From Polyangiaceae bacterium (GTDB lineage: Bacteria; Myxococcota_A; Polyangia; Polyangiales; Polyangiaceae), in contig JBILLK010000023.1 of the NCBI GenBank assembly GCA_044376115.1, positions 105,328 through 169,327 of the forward strand: a stretch of DNA of 64,000 nt, read 5' to 3'. The notes below the pieces were generated by a model, which saw nothing but the letters and a program-made list of their open reading frames with translations, did not search any database and was not told where the DNA came from. Position numbers and translations under genes: made by a program. Shown piece by piece: positions 18,095-28,356 of this stretch (the stretch's first letter is position 1; each line of letters begins with the position of its first letter).

Positions 18095-19951
18095 ATGGAA
18101 CGCAAAACAACAGCTAAAGTCGCGACCAGCGCCTACCTCCTTTTGGTGGCCGGCATCCTCGTCATCGCCAACATCCTTTCGTATAACAGCTACAAGCGCA
18201 TCGACATGACCGCCGAGCAGCGTTTCACGCTCTCGGAAGGATCAAAGCGGCTCGTGTGTGAGGGTCTGAAGTCGGACCTGCAGGTGGACGTGTACGTCAC
18301 CCGCGGCATGGCCAAGACCGACATCTTCGTTCAGGACCTGACCGACCTGCTGACCGAATACGAGCAGGCCAAATACAAGAAGGCCGACGGCTCGGAATCC
18401 CCGCCCTCCAAGTTCAGGTTCAGCATCATCGAGCCCAAGACCGAGGAAGAGAAGAAGGCCGCCAAAGACGAGGGCCTTCAGGAACAACTGCTCGGCGAGG
18501 ACAGCGAGACGCAAGACCAAACCACGGTGGCCGTGGGCTACATGGGCTTCGTCATCAAGTACGGCTCCGAGAAAGAGGTCATCCCGAGCTGGCCGCCGGA
18601 TAGCACCAACGGCGTCGAGTTCTTCCTCTCCAACAAGATCCGCGAGGTCCGCGATCGCGCCGACAAGCTCGAGCGCAAGTTCGGCCTGATCACCGGCAAA
18701 GACGAGCTCAAGATCAGCGACAACGCGATCGCCCCAGGCAATCAGCCGTTCAACCTGAAGCAGGTCTTCCAGGAGTACTTCCCGTTCTATCAATTCGAGG
18801 ACGTGGACCTGCAGAACGGCGACGCCGAGATCAACAAGGACCTCGTCGGCATCATCGTCACGCAACCGGCGAAGGACTACACCGAGAAGGAGCTGCGTCG
18901 CATCGACGAGTTCCTGATGCTCGGAGACAAGTCCGCCGTCTTCTACGTCAGCGCGGTCAACGTCAAAGCGTCTGACAAGGACATGAAGGCGACGCTCAAC
19001 ACCTGGGGCCTCGAGAAGTTGTTCGACGGCTACGGCGTGGAGATGAAGCGCGAGGTCGTGCTCGACTTTGCTGGCGCCTTCCGCCAACCGGCGATGACGC
19101 AGAACGGCCAGCAGATTTGGGTCGTCGCGCCCGGCATCACCATGCTGACCGATGATGGCACCTACGAGGGAGACGAGGCGCTGATCGACACCAAGTTCTT
19201 CTCCTTCTTCCGCATGCGTCAAATCGCCTTCCCGTTCGCCTCTCCGCTGGTGGTCCACAAGGATCGGCAGCCGGGGGCTGAGCTCCAGGTGGTGGCACGC
19301 TCGAACCCGCGCTCGAGCGTGGACGCGAGCGACAACATCTCGCTCAAGTACTCCGACGAGGTGAAGGAGCGCGCACCGCAAGAGCAGCGCAACTTGGCCG
19401 TCGCCGTCACCGGCAAGATCAAGAGCGCCTTCGCCGGCAAAGGTGAAGACCTCGGTGTCAAGGCGAACCCCGAGTCGCCCACCGACAGCCGCATCCTGAT
19501 CGTCTCTTCATCGCAGTTCTTGGCCAACCCGTTCGCACGCGCTGGCAACCCTCCCCCGATGCCGCCCCAATTGCAGATGATGGGGCCGATGGGCGGAGAT
19601 CGAGAGCTGCAGATGGTGGCGCGTCCCTACCTGGACGTGGCCTTCCGTCCGATGATCTTCTCCTTCAAGAACACCCTCGACTGGATGTCGAACGATTCGG
19701 ATCTAGTGGCTGTCAGCGCCAAGCTGCTCGGCGACCCGACCCTCACCTACTCGGTCAAGAAGCCGCGCGGGGAAGAGGGCGACACCGAGGAGGCGATGAA
19801 GAAGAAGTACGAGGCGTACAAGCAAGAACGCGCCGATCAGCAGAGCCTGGTCTCCTGGGTCCTCACGCTGCTCCCCGCCGCGCTGATCGCAGCCCTTGGG
19901 CTCATCCGCTGGTGGCTGCGTGAGTCCGGCCGAGACTCAGTACGAGTTTGA
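18095..19951 (+). CDS. GldG family ABC accessory protein
   Basis: N-terminal TM, RIDMTxxxRFTLS motif, C-terminal TM; position in the operon. Confidence 0.85.
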   Translation: MERKTTAKVATSAYLLLVAGILVIANILSYNSYKRIDMTAEQRFTLSEGSKRLVCEGLKSDLQVDVYVTRGMAKTDIFVQDLTDLLTEYEQAKYKKADGSESPPSKFRFSIIEPKTEEEKKAAKDEGLQEQLLGEDSETQDQTTVAVGYMGFVIKYGSEKEVIPSWPPDSTNGVEFFLSNKIREVRDRADKLERKFGLITGKDELKISDNAIAPGNQPFNLKQVFQEYFPFYQFEDVDLQNGDAEINKDLVGIIVTQPAKDYTEKELRRIDEFLMLGDKSAVFYVSAVNVKASDKDMKATLNTWGLEKLFDGYGVEMKREVVLDFAGAFRQPAMTQNGQQIWVVAPGITMLTDDGTYEGDEALIDTKFFSFFRMRQIAFPFASPLVVHKDRQPGAELQVVARSNPRSSVDASDNISLKYSDEVKERAPQEQRNLAVAVTGKIKSAFAGKGEDLGVKANPESPTDSRILIVSSSQFLANPFARAGNPPPMPPQLQMMGPMGGDRELQMVARPYLDVAFRPMIFSFKNTLDWMSNDSDLVAVSAKLLGDPTLTYSVKKPRGEEGDTEEAMKKKYEAYKQERADQQSLVSWVLTLLPAALIAALGLIRWWLRESGRDSVRV

Positions 19952-19973
19952 ACGAACGTCTGGAGTGAATGAG

Positions 19974-21239
19974 ATGAAGACCGAAACCAAAGTAGTCGGA
20001 GCGGTAGTTCTTCTCGCCGGCCTCGGTGGGTTGCTTTTCTACCGCAACAACGAAACCAAGGCTGAGCGTGAAGCTCGATCGCAGACGGCCACCAAGGAGA
20101 ACCTTCCCAGCATCACGCTGACGCCCGAGCAGACCGATCGCATCACCAAGCTCGAGTTCAAACCGTCGGGGAAAGACAAAGACGGCAAAGACAAAGAGAA
20201 GATCGTCCTCGAGAAAAAAGGGGACAATTGGGAGCTCGTCGGGGTTGGCGCCAAAGTGGCCAGCACCGAGATCAAGAGCCTGCTCGACGGGCTGAAGGCG
20301 TTGAAGGTCAAAGACACGATCGACCGCGGCACCGCCGCGTACGATCAATACGAGGTCGCCGACGGTAAGGGCATCGCCTTTACCGCCTCAGCGGGCTCGG
20401 AGGTCTTGCTCAACGTGGTCTTCGGTTCGAGCGGCTCGCGCGGACAGACCGTGCGCGTCGTGGGCAAAGACGGCGTGTACGTCGCAGACGGCTACCCCTC
20501 GGCACAAATGTCGAAGGACGCCAACGGCTGGCGCGACAAGTCGATCCTCAAGTTCGAAGACGCCAACGTGGCCTCGGTCTCGATCGAGAACGCGTACGGC
20601 AGCTACGCCTTCACCAAGAGCGGCGACAACTGGGCCGGCACCTTCACCAAGAATCCCAACGCCCCGGTCGAAAAGACCGAGGAAAAGAAGGATGACGGCA
20701 AGAAGGACGAAAAGGCCGACAAGAAAGACGACGCCAAGAAAGAAGACGCCAAGAAGTCCGACAAGAAGGACGACGCCAAAAAGTCCGACAAGAAGGACGA
20801 CGCCAAGAAGGAAGACAAGGCTGAGCCTGCAAAGGACCCTTCCAAGTCGGGCTCCGGCTGGGAGAAGTTCGACGGCAAAAAGGTCGAGAACCTCTTGCGT
20901 GCTTTCAAGGCGCTCAACGCGACCGACTTCGCCTCTGCCTCAGACACGGACACTGGCGTTACCAACGCAGCCAAAGAGGGCGGCCTTATCACGATCGTGA
21001 TGAAGGACGGCACCAGCATCAAATTGATGGTGGGCAAGAAGCAGAAGGGCTCGAACCGCTTCGCGAAGAAGGACGGCGACGAGACGGTGTTCGTGATCTC
21101 GTCTTGGGCCGGAGATTGGGCTGCCGGCGAGCCCAAGAAGTTCGAGAAGGACGAGAAGAAAGAGGGCGGCGACGCCGACCCGCACGGTGGTGCCCACGGT
21201 GCAGAGGGCATGGATTTCGATCTCGAAGGAATGGAGTAA
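19974..21239 (+). CDS. DUF4340 domain protein with a Lys/Asp-rich insertion
   Basis: N-terminal TM anchor, WRDKSI motif, usual position after gldG-like genes. Confidence 0.75.
   Translation: MKTETKVVGAVVLLAGLGGLLFYRNNETKAEREARSQTATKENLPSITLTPEQTDRITKLEFKPSGKDKDGKDKEKIVLEKKGDNWELVGVGAKVASTEIKSLLDGLKALKVKDTIDRGTAAYDQYEVADGKGIAFTASAGSEVLLNVVFGSSGSRGQTVRVVGKDGVYVADGYPSAQMSKDANGWRDKSILKFEDANVASVSIENAYGSYAFTKSGDNWAGTFTKNPNAPVEKTEEKKDDGKKDEKADKKDDAKKEDAKKSDKKDDAKKSDKKDDAKKEDKAEPAKDPSKSGSGWEKFDGKKVENLLRAFKALNATDFASASDTDTGVTNAAKEGGLITIVMKDGTSIKLMVGKKQKGSNRFAKKDGDETVFVISSWAGDWAAGEPKKFEKDEKKEGGDADPHGGAHGAEGMDFDLEGME
20745..20810 (+). repeat. 27-bp coding tandem repeat, about 2.4 copies (DAKKSDKKD)
   Basis: GACGCCAAGAAGTCCGACAAGAAGGAC repeated. 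Confidence 0.85.
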
Positions 21240-21245
21240 AGCAAC

Positions 21246-23705
21246 GTGAAAGCCTCGTACCGTTGGCTCTGTGAGCTGCTTGGGCCCGCCTTTACGGCTT
21301 CTCCCAAGGAGGTCGCTGAACGATTCACCGGTGCGGGGCTCGAGGTCGAGGCGGTCACGAGCTTCGGCGTGGCCGCCAAGAGCGCGCTGGTCGCTGAGGT
21401 GGTGGCCAAACGAGCCCACCCCTCACGACCGAAGTTGACGCTGGTTACGATCAGCACGGGCGCTGCGAGCGAGGAGATCGTTTGCGGCGCGCCCAACGTG
21501 CCGGAGCCGGGGGCGCGCGTCGTGTTTGCGCCCGTCGGTACGCACCTGCCCGCCAAGGGCCTCACGCTCGAGCCGAAGGAGATCGCCGGGGTCGAGAGCC
21601 GCGGCATGCTCTGCAGCGAAGCGGAGCTCGGGCTGCGTCTGAGTGGGGGCGACGGCGGCATCATCGTGCTGCCCGCAGACCTCAAGGCGGAGCTTGGGAC
21701 TCCCCTCGCCCAAGCCGTCCCGGAGTCGTGCGACGAAATTTTTGAGATCGGCCTCACGCCGAATCGGCCCGACGGCCTCGGTCACGTGGGCCTCGCGCGC
21801 GAGCTCGCTGCGCTGATGAACCTGCCTTTCACGCTGCGCGAGGCGGTGCCGGCGCGAGTGGACCCAGCGCTGGCGGTGGAGTCACAGCTGAGCGTGCGCA
21901 TCGAGGAGGAAGAGCGATGCCCGATCTACGGCGCGCATTTCGTCAAGGACGTGAAGATCGGCCCTTCGCCGCTTGGTGTTCAATACAGGCTCGAGGCGCT
22001 CGGAGTACGGGCGATCTCCAACGCCGTGGACGTCACCAACCTGGTGATGCTCAAGTACGGCCACCCGATTCACGGCTTTGATCCGCAGCAGGTCCGCGGC
22101 GGAACCATCGTGGTGCGCTGCGCGAAGCCGGGCGAGTCGATGGTTACGCTCGACGGCATCAAGCGTGAGCTCGTCGCCGACGACCTGCTGATCTGCGACG
22201 GTGAAGGGCCGGTCGCTTTGGCCGGCGTGATGGGCGGAGAGGCCAGCGGCGTGAGCCCAACCACCAGCGGCCTGTTGATCGAATGCGCGTACTTCAGCAC
22301 GCGCGGCGTCCGGCGCAGCGCGCGCCGTCATGGCATGCACACCGAATCGAGCCATCGTTTTGAGCGCGGGGTGGACCCGAGCGACGTCGCCCTGGTGTTG
22401 GCCGAGGCAGCAGCGCTCACCGTCGAGCTTTGTGGTGGCACGGCGGCGGCCAGCGCGCTGCGCGTCGGGCCCGGCGTCGCGGCTCCCAAGCCGATTCGGC
22501 TGCGCCCCGCGCGCGCGACCAGCCTGCTTGGCCTGGCGATCCCGCAGGCTGAGATGGTATCGATCTTGGTGCGGCTCGGTTGCACCGAGGTTCCTTCGAG
22601 TGAGCCGGAAAGCGTGAGCTTCGTGCCGCCTGGGCATCGCCCGGATCTCACGATCGAGGAGGATCTGATCGAGGAGATCGTCCGCGTGTACGGGGTTGAT
22701 CGCGTGCCCTCGGTGTTGCCGGCGATTCGTCCGGCGGTGGGCACGAGCCACGCGCGCAAAGCGAACATCCTCAGCCAAACGGTGGATGCAGCAGCGAGCG
22801 TCGGCCTCGCGCAGGCGCTCACCTTCGGCTTTACCTCCAAGAAGCAGCTGGAGGTGCTCGGGCTTGGAGCGAGCACGCTCTCGCTGATGAACCCGCTGAC
22901 CGATGATCGCACCGAGATGCGCACCTCGCTCTTGCCCGGCCTTTTCGACGCTGCCAAGCGCGCTCGTCGTTACGGCGTATTCGACCTGCGCCTCTTCTGC
23001 GTGGGCGCGCGCTTCTTGCCGCAAGCCGATGCGCCGCTTCCGCGTGAAGCACGCTCCTTCGCTGCGGTGATCGGCGGACAACGAGACGCTGTGCTGCAAA
23101 AGGCCGAGCCCTGCGACATCTTCGACGCGAAGGGCCTGGCGCTGGAGATCGTCGCGCGCGCGACAGGCCAGCGCGCCCAGATTCGTCCGACCAAGGACGC
23201 GGATCGGCCGCGTTATTCGCACCCACGAGCCGCAGGAGACGTGCTGGTCGGCGAGCGTGTGATCGGTCGCATCGGCCTCGTGCATCCGCTGGTCGAGCGC
23301 GACCTCGAGCTCGACGGCAACCTGTTCTTCATCGAGCTGGACCTCGAGACGCTGGAGGAGCTTGGCTCGCCGGTGCCGAAGTTCCAGCCGATCCCGACGT
23401 TGCCAGCCTCCACGCGCGATCTGGCCTTCACGGTGGAAGAGAGCGTGGCTTCGGGCGACATCGAGCAGGCCATCCTGCAGACGGCCGGCGAGCTCGCTGA
23501 GTCGGTCGCGCTCTTCGATCTGTTCCGCGGTGGCAACATCCCTAAGTCGCACAAGTCGCTGGCCTATCGCATCGTCTACCGCGATCCCAACGCGCGCTTC
23601 GCGCCGGAGAAGGCTCGTACGTTGACCGACGCTGAAGTCGACGCGCGCCAGGCCGCCGTTGAAGCCGCGCTCAAGCAGCAGTTCGGCGCCGAACTTCGAG
23701 CCTGA
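21246..23705 (+). CDS. pheT: Phenylalanine--tRNA ligase beta subunit
   Basis: MKASYRWL, IVCGAPN, SRGMLCS, TPNRPD, RFERGVD, EEDLIEE, C-terminal FDX-ACB domain (RDLAF...SLAY...TLTD). Confidence 0.97.
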   Translation: MKASYRWLCELLGPAFTASPKEVAERFTGAGLEVEAVTSFGVAAKSALVAEVVAKRAHPSRPKLTLVTISTGAASEEIVCGAPNVPEPGARVVFAPVGTHLPAKGLTLEPKEIAGVESRGMLCSEAELGLRLSGGDGGIIVLPADLKAELGTPLAQAVPESCDEIFEIGLTPNRPDGLGHVGLARELAALMNLPFTLREAVPARVDPALAVESQLSVRIEEEERCPIYGAHFVKDVKIGPSPLGVQYRLEALGVRAISNAVDVTNLVMLKYGHPIHGFDPQQVRGGTIVVRCAKPGESMVTLDGIKRELVADDLLICDGEGPVALAGVMGGEASGVSPTTSGLLIECAYFSTRGVRRSARRHGMHTESSHRFERGVDPSDVALVLAEAAALTVELCGGTAAASALRVGPGVAAPKPIRLRPARATSLLGLAIPQAEMVSILVRLGCTEVPSSEPESVSFVPPGHRPDLTIEEDLIEEIVRVYGVDRVPSVLPAIRPAVGTSHARKANILSQTVDAAASVGLAQALTFGFTSKKQLEVLGLGASTLSLMNPLTDDRTEMRTSLLPGLFDAAKRARRYGVFDLRLFCVGARFLPQADAPLPREARSFAAVIGGQRDAVLQKAEPCDIFDAKGLALEIVARATGQRAQIRPTKDADRPRYSHPRAAGDVLVGERVIGRIGLVHPLVERDLELDGNLFFIELDLETLEELGSPVPKFQPIPTLPASTRDLAFTVEESVASGDIEQAILQTAGELAESVALFDLFRGGNIPKSHKSLAYRIVYRDPNARFAPEKARTLTDAEVDARQAAVEAALKQQFGAELRA

Positions 23706-23711
23706 GCTACC

Positions 23712-24194
23712 GTGCAAAAGCGCGTCTCGCTGCCTCTGCTCGACCAAGCGATCGAGGCCCACGCAGCGGCGACGCGCGCTGCCCATCCGAGCTGGCCGTG
23801 CGCGGCCGGCTGTGACCTTTGTTGTCGCTCGCTGCCGTTCTTACCCACCATCAGCGAGCCCGAATGGCAGCGGCTCGCTGAGGCGCTGAGCCAATTGCCG
23901 CTGGAGCAACAGGCCGAGATCCGTGAGCGCACAGCAGCAGCGCCCGAACGCGGTCCCCTCACCTGCCCCATGCTCGCGCTCGAGAGCGGACAATGCCGCG
24001 TGTACGAAGCTCGACCGATCGCTTGCCGCAGCTACGGCTTCTACACCGAACGCGACGCAGGCCTGCATTGCGAGCGCGTGACAGAGGCGATCGCGCCGTT
24101 CGCCGATGAGGTGGTCTGGGGCAACGGCGAAGCGATCGCTCGTACGTTGCGAGAGGCTGGGGAGCCCGTTTCGCTGCGTGTGTGGATGCGTTAA
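23712..24194 (+). CDS. YkgJ family CxxCxxCC cysteine-cluster protein
   Basis: CAAGCDLCC, CPML...CRVYEARPIACRSY. Confidence 0.85.
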   Translation: MQKRVSLPLLDQAIEAHAAATRAAHPSWPCAAGCDLCCRSLPFLPTISEPEWQRLAEALSQLPLEQQAEIRERTAAAPERGPLTCPMLALESGQCRVYEARPIACRSYGFYTERDAGLHCERVTEAIAPFADEVVWGNGEAIARTLREAGEPVSLRVWMR

Positions 24195-24245
24195 GCACGG
24201 CTCACGGCGGTTGCCACCTAGCGCATGCAGTGCCATGCAACCCGC

Positions 24246-25301
24246 ATGAAGCGTCTCGGAGTTTGTGCCTTCGTTCTTGCGTTCTCTGCCTGCCACACCG
24301 AGTCGCCGGTAGCGCCGCGGCCGGAGAGCAGCGCCCCCGTCGTTGCGAGTGCCAGCGCGCCCGCAACCTCCACCGGGGTGGCGCCAAGCGCCAGCGCGTC
24401 GGCTTCGGCGGCTGTGCCGGCCGCGAGCTCGGCGGTCACGCAAGCTGCACCGCCGGTTGACCTCGCGCTCGGCGGACGCCTCTACGACAGCTTCTTTCGC
24501 GATGGCTCGCACGCAGCGGGCTTCGAGCCGGACGCCTCGAGCACCAAAGGCAAAGCAGACGGCAAGGGTGGCCCGCGCAAAGACGGCAGCTTGCTGAACA
24601 AGGACGGCACGCCGCTGCTCAACGACGCAGGCCACGACTACCGCTTGAAGAACTTCTTTGGCTGGGATTTGCGCGGGGAGAGCGGCATCTACGGCGCTGG
24701 CTACATGAAGAAGGGCTACGTGCTCAAGGTGGACCTGCTCGCGGGTCGCGAGTCGGCCAAGGAGCTCGCCTCGTGGCTGAAGAACGGCACCGCGGAGGTG
24801 CCTGCCTACGGCTCGGTGATGGATGATGCTTCGCTCGCCGCCGTGGCTGAGTTCATCGTCGCGGTGCGAGAACGCAAGCTGGTGCACCCGGCCGACGTGT
24901 TCGATCTCAAGGCTGGTTCACCCGGCAACTACTCGCTGCGCTCCGGTGGCAACGCCGCTCGCGGCAAGGAACTCTATGGGCAGCGCTGTGCAGGCTGTCA
25001 CGGCAATGATGGCACCAAGCTCTTGTTCGACGGTGGCGAGTTCTCGCTCGGCAGCCACGCGCGCCAGAAGGCCTACGAAGACTGGCTCAAGATCATGAAC
25101 GGCCAACCGGGGACGGGCACCGGCAAATGGACGTACATCGGGACGATGGGCCCGCAACTCAAAGGCAGCGGCGCCGAGATGACGCGCGAGTTGCTCGATC
25201 TGTTCGCGGCGCTCTGTGATCGCGCAGCCTTCCCCAAGGGTGCAGCCAAAGGCAAAGACGTAGACAACGGCGATGCACGTTGTCGCGACTATTTGCGCTG
25301 A
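24246..25301 (+). CDS. c-type cytochrome lipoprotein (single CxxCH)
   Basis: Lipobox FSAC; GGRLYD; RGKELYGQRCAGCHG; distal Met (GTM). Confidence 0.75.
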   Translation: MKRLGVCAFVLAFSACHTESPVAPRPESSAPVVASASAPATSTGVAPSASASASAAVPAASSAVTQAAPPVDLALGGRLYDSFFRDGSHAAGFEPDASSTKGKADGKGGPRKDGSLLNKDGTPLLNDAGHDYRLKNFFGWDLRGESGIYGAGYMKKGYVLKVDLLAGRESAKELASWLKNGTAEVPAYGSVMDDASLAAVAEFIVAVRERKLVHPADVFDLKAGSPGNYSLRSGGNAARGKELYGQRCAGCHGNDGTKLLFDGGEFSLGSHARQKAYEDWLKIMNGQPGTGTGKWTYIGTMGPQLKGSGAEMTRELLDLFAALCDRAAFPKGAAKGKDVDNGDARCRDYLR

Positions 25302-25308
25302 GCCGAGC

Positions 25309-26922
25309 TCACGAGACGCGTGGCGCTTGCAAGGCGCCGAGCGTCGCGAGCAAACGTTGCTGGCCAAACGGCTTCTGCAGGAAGGCCACCCCCAAGCTCT
25401 CCACCTCGGCGAGCACGCCATCGCCTTCGATGAAGCCGGAGCACACCAAGTTCCGACCGCTCGCGTTGCGTTCACGAAAGCGCCGAATCACCGCGGAGGA
25501 ATCGCCATCGGGTAGCTTTGCATCGGCGATCAACAGGTCGAAGTTGGCGCCTTCGATCACGGCGAGCGCCTCGGCGTTGCTCGTGCTGGGGGTCACGCTG
25601 AAACCCTCGCGTTCGAGGATGCGCAGTAGGACCTTGAGGATCGACGGGTCATCCTCGAGCACCATCACCGACTTGAGCGCGGCCGCCTCCCGCGGAGAAG
25701 CCGACTCCGCCATAGCGCGAGCAGGCAGCTTCAAGCGCCAGACAGTATCGCCCTCGGCGGTCTCGAATTCTCCCTCGGCCGAACGCAGCAACTGGTCGAA
25801 CTGAGGCGTCAACACCTGCGGAGCCGACGTTACGCCGACGAACTCGATCTCCACCGGGCGAGCCAATTCGGGCCGGTGTCGCAGACGCACCGAAAGCGCT
25901 CGCCCGCCGACTTGATCGCGCGCCGCCAAACAAAGCTCGAGCAACATTCGCTGGAGAGCGCCGCTCGTGACGGTCACCGGGGGCGTGTCGACGAGCTCCA
26001 GCTGCAAGGCTGGGCCATCCTCGAACACGTGCTGCAAGTTGTTGGTCAGCTGGGTCAGCGCCTCGGCGGGCGTAGCCTGGCCAACGGGATTGGAGCCTTG
26101 GTGCGCAAAGGCGAGCAGCTGCTGGCCCGTCTGTTTGGCGCGCCCCACGGCTTGCTCGATCTCGCGCAATAGCTCGCTACGCTCGCTGTCGCTGACCGAC
26201 CCGCGCAGCAGGTCGACGCAGCCGATCACACTCATGAAGTGGTTATTGAACTCGTGGGCGGCGTGGCCAGCCAAACGGCCGAGGACCTCGAGCCGCGAGC
26301 TGGCCGCCACGATCGCGTGAGCACGATCGGCTTCGGCATGGGCCTCGCGTTCACGCAGGCGAGCCTGCTCCTCGCGCTCGAGCGCAGCTTGTTGCACCGC
26401 CAACAATTGGTGAAAAAAAATCAGGCTCCCCAAGCTGCAAATGAGCCCCAACGTGAGACTCATGCGCAGCCAGCCGAGCAGGCCGTCCGCCACGTTGGGC
26501 CAGGGCGGAGCGAGCCAACCGCGTTCGATCAACAGGCCAACGGTGATCGGCGTCAACATCGCTACAGCGACCCCGAGCACCGCGCGCTCGAGGAAGAAGA
26601 CCACCGCCAAGGACCACGCCAAGAGCAGCGCCCCGGTGCCCAGCAGCGGGCCAAACTGCAGCAAGGCGCCAAGACAGACAATCAGGCTAAGTACTAGGAA
26701 GACCTGCCCCCCGAGCCGTGGATGCCGCTCCCGGTCCCACCACAAGAAAGCCGTTACCGCCGACATCGCAAAAAGCTCCACGGCGGCTCCGGTCACACGC
26801 TGCGAGGTCAGCCAGCGATGAAGCGTAAGCACCACCATGAGCGGCACCCCGCCGAACAGGCCCAAGCGTCGACAACCGGCCAGCACGCGACGCCGTGCTT
26901 GATCGATTGCCCTGTCCGACAT
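25309..26922 (-). CDS. Membrane hybrid sensor (HisKA plus degenerate HATPase plus receiver)
   Basis: 5-6 TM segments, H-box AHEFNN, receiver EDD...LLIAD...SG...QKPF. Confidence 0.75.
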   Translation of the reverse strand: MSDRAIDQARRRVLAGCRRLGLFGGVPLMVVLTLHRWLTSQRVTGAAVELFAMSAVTAFLWWDRERHPRLGGQVFLVLSLIVCLGALLQFGPLLGTGALLLAWSLAVVFFLERAVLGVAVAMLTPITVGLLIERGWLAPPWPNVADGLLGWLRMSLTLGLICSLGSLIFFHQLLAVQQAALEREEQARLREREAHAEADRAHAIVAASSRLEVLGRLAGHAAHEFNNHFMSVIGCVDLLRGSVSDSERSELLREIEQAVGRAKQTGQQLLAFAHQGSNPVGQATPAEALTQLTNNLQHVFEDGPALQLELVDTPPVTVTSGALQRMLLELCLAARDQVGGRALSVRLRHRPELARPVEIEFVGVTSAPQVLTPQFDQLLRSAEGEFETAEGDTVWRLKLPARAMAESASPREAAALKSVMVLEDDPSILKVLLRILEREGFSVTPSTSNAEALAVIEGANFDLLIADAKLPDGDSSAVIRRFRERNASGRNLVCSGFIEGDGVLAEVESLGVAFLQKPFGQQRLLATLGALQAPRVS

Positions 26923-27126
26923 TGGGGCAGCGTGTCATTCGCAGAAAAATTGGGCCAGCTTTCGGCCAGCGAGCGGGAGAGTCTGCCAGCGGCCCGGATG
27001 ACTGGCCCGGCCGAGGCGCACGCGCCACGGCAAGGCGGCCGCGCCTCGCTGGCTGGACAACGCGTTTGCGGATCTGCGCGTCTTCGGCCACAAAACGGCA
27101 GGCACGCGAGCTGCTAATGGCCGCCC

Positions 27127-28326
27127 ATGCGCGCGAACTCTTGCGGAGTCCTCCTGGTCTTTACGCTTGCCGCAGCCTGCGGCGATGACGGCACTTCATC
27201 GGGCGGGAGCGCCTCGGGTGGAGGCGGAGCTGCGAGCGGCGGTGCCGCGGCCGGCGGAGGCGAGACCGGTGGGGGCGTAGCCAGTGGCGGCGCCGCCTCG
27301 GGGGGCGGCGATGCGGGTGGAACCGCGCAAGGTGGTCAAGGCGGGGAAGGCGGCGGTGCGATGGGTGCGTGGCAGCCGCCCTCGTACGACGGCTACTTCG
27401 TCGATTTGGAGCTACCGACACCCAGCCAGCCGAGCGCTGGCGTCAGCTTCTACGAAAACATCGCCTACGGCGACGATGCGGCGATGCGCTTCGATCTCTT
27501 CCAACCGGCGAGCGCAACAGCAACGCCGCTCATCATCTTCATCCACGGCGGCGGGTTCACCGGCGGCAACAAGACCTCTGGCTACGACTCTGCGGGCGAT
27601 CAAGCGAAGCTCGCGAACGCGCTTGAAGCCGGCATCGCCTACGCCAGCATCAACTACCGCCTGCTCGATGAGGTGGACTCCGAGGGCGTCTACAAATCGC
27701 TCTCCGACTCGCGCCGCGCGTTGCAGTTCATCCGCTATCACGCCGCCGAGCTCAACATCGATCCGGAGCGCATCGCGCTGCGCGGGAGCTCCGCAGGCGC
27801 TGGCACCGGCCTCTGGCTCGCCTTCCACGATGACATGGCCGGGGGTGACGACGTCGTCGCCAACGAATCGACGCGAGTGGCCGGGGTAGCAATCAGCGCA
27901 ACCCAATCCACCTACGACCTCGTCAAGTGGTCGACCGTCGTGTTCGCCGACTACGGCATCGACCTGATGACCTCGGTCGCGGCGCTCGAAATGGAACAGC
28001 GGCTCGCTTCGTTCTACGGCCTGCCAACGATCAGCGACCTCGAGGGCCAGCTCGAGTCACCGGCGATCAGCGAATACCGTCACGAGGTCGACATGCTCGA
28101 TTGGATGAGCCCCGACGATCCGCCGTTTTACGTCAGCAACCCCCTCGCCGAAACGATTCCCACCTCGCAGAACGAGCTCTTCCATCATCCGTACCACGCG
28201 CGCGCCTTACGCGAGCGTGCGGCCCAAGTAGGTGTCGCCTGTAGCGCCGAGATCCAGGCGCTGGACATCGATGATGCGCCCGGAGTCAACGATTGGGAGT
28301 TCGTGATTGAGCTGCTCAGCCAGTAG
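27127..28326 (+). CDS. Alpha/beta hydrolase (carboxylesterase) lipoprotein
   Basis: Lipobox AAAC, Gly-rich linker, IHGGG oxyanion motif, INYRL, GSSAG. Confidence 0.85.
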   Translation: MRANSCGVLLVFTLAAACGDDGTSSGGSASGGGGAASGGAAAGGGETGGGVASGGAASGGGDAGGTAQGGQGGEGGGAMGAWQPPSYDGYFVDLELPTPSQPSAGVSFYENIAYGDDAAMRFDLFQPASATATPLIIFIHGGGFTGGNKTSGYDSAGDQAKLANALEAGIAYASINYRLLDEVDSEGVYKSLSDSRRALQFIRYHAAELNIDPERIALRGSSAGAGTGLWLAFHDDMAGGDDVVANESTRVAGVAISATQSTYDLVKWSTVVFADYGIDLMTSVAALEMEQRLASFYGLPTISDLEGQLESPAISEYRHEVDMLDWMSPDDPPFYVSNPLAETIPTSQNELFHHPYHARALRERAAQVGVACSAEIQALDIDDAPGVNDWEFVIELLSQ

Positions 28327-28356
28327 CCGGTAGCGCGCCTCGGGTATGCTCGCCGC

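Noticed and set aside
21882..23786. 634-aa minus-strand ORF
   Set aside because: Antisense shadow of pheT.
26413..26420. A8 homopolymer in the sensor gene as a phase-variation site
   Set aside because: The ORF is intact, the tract encodes Ile-Phe-Phe in a TM helix, and 8 nt is short.
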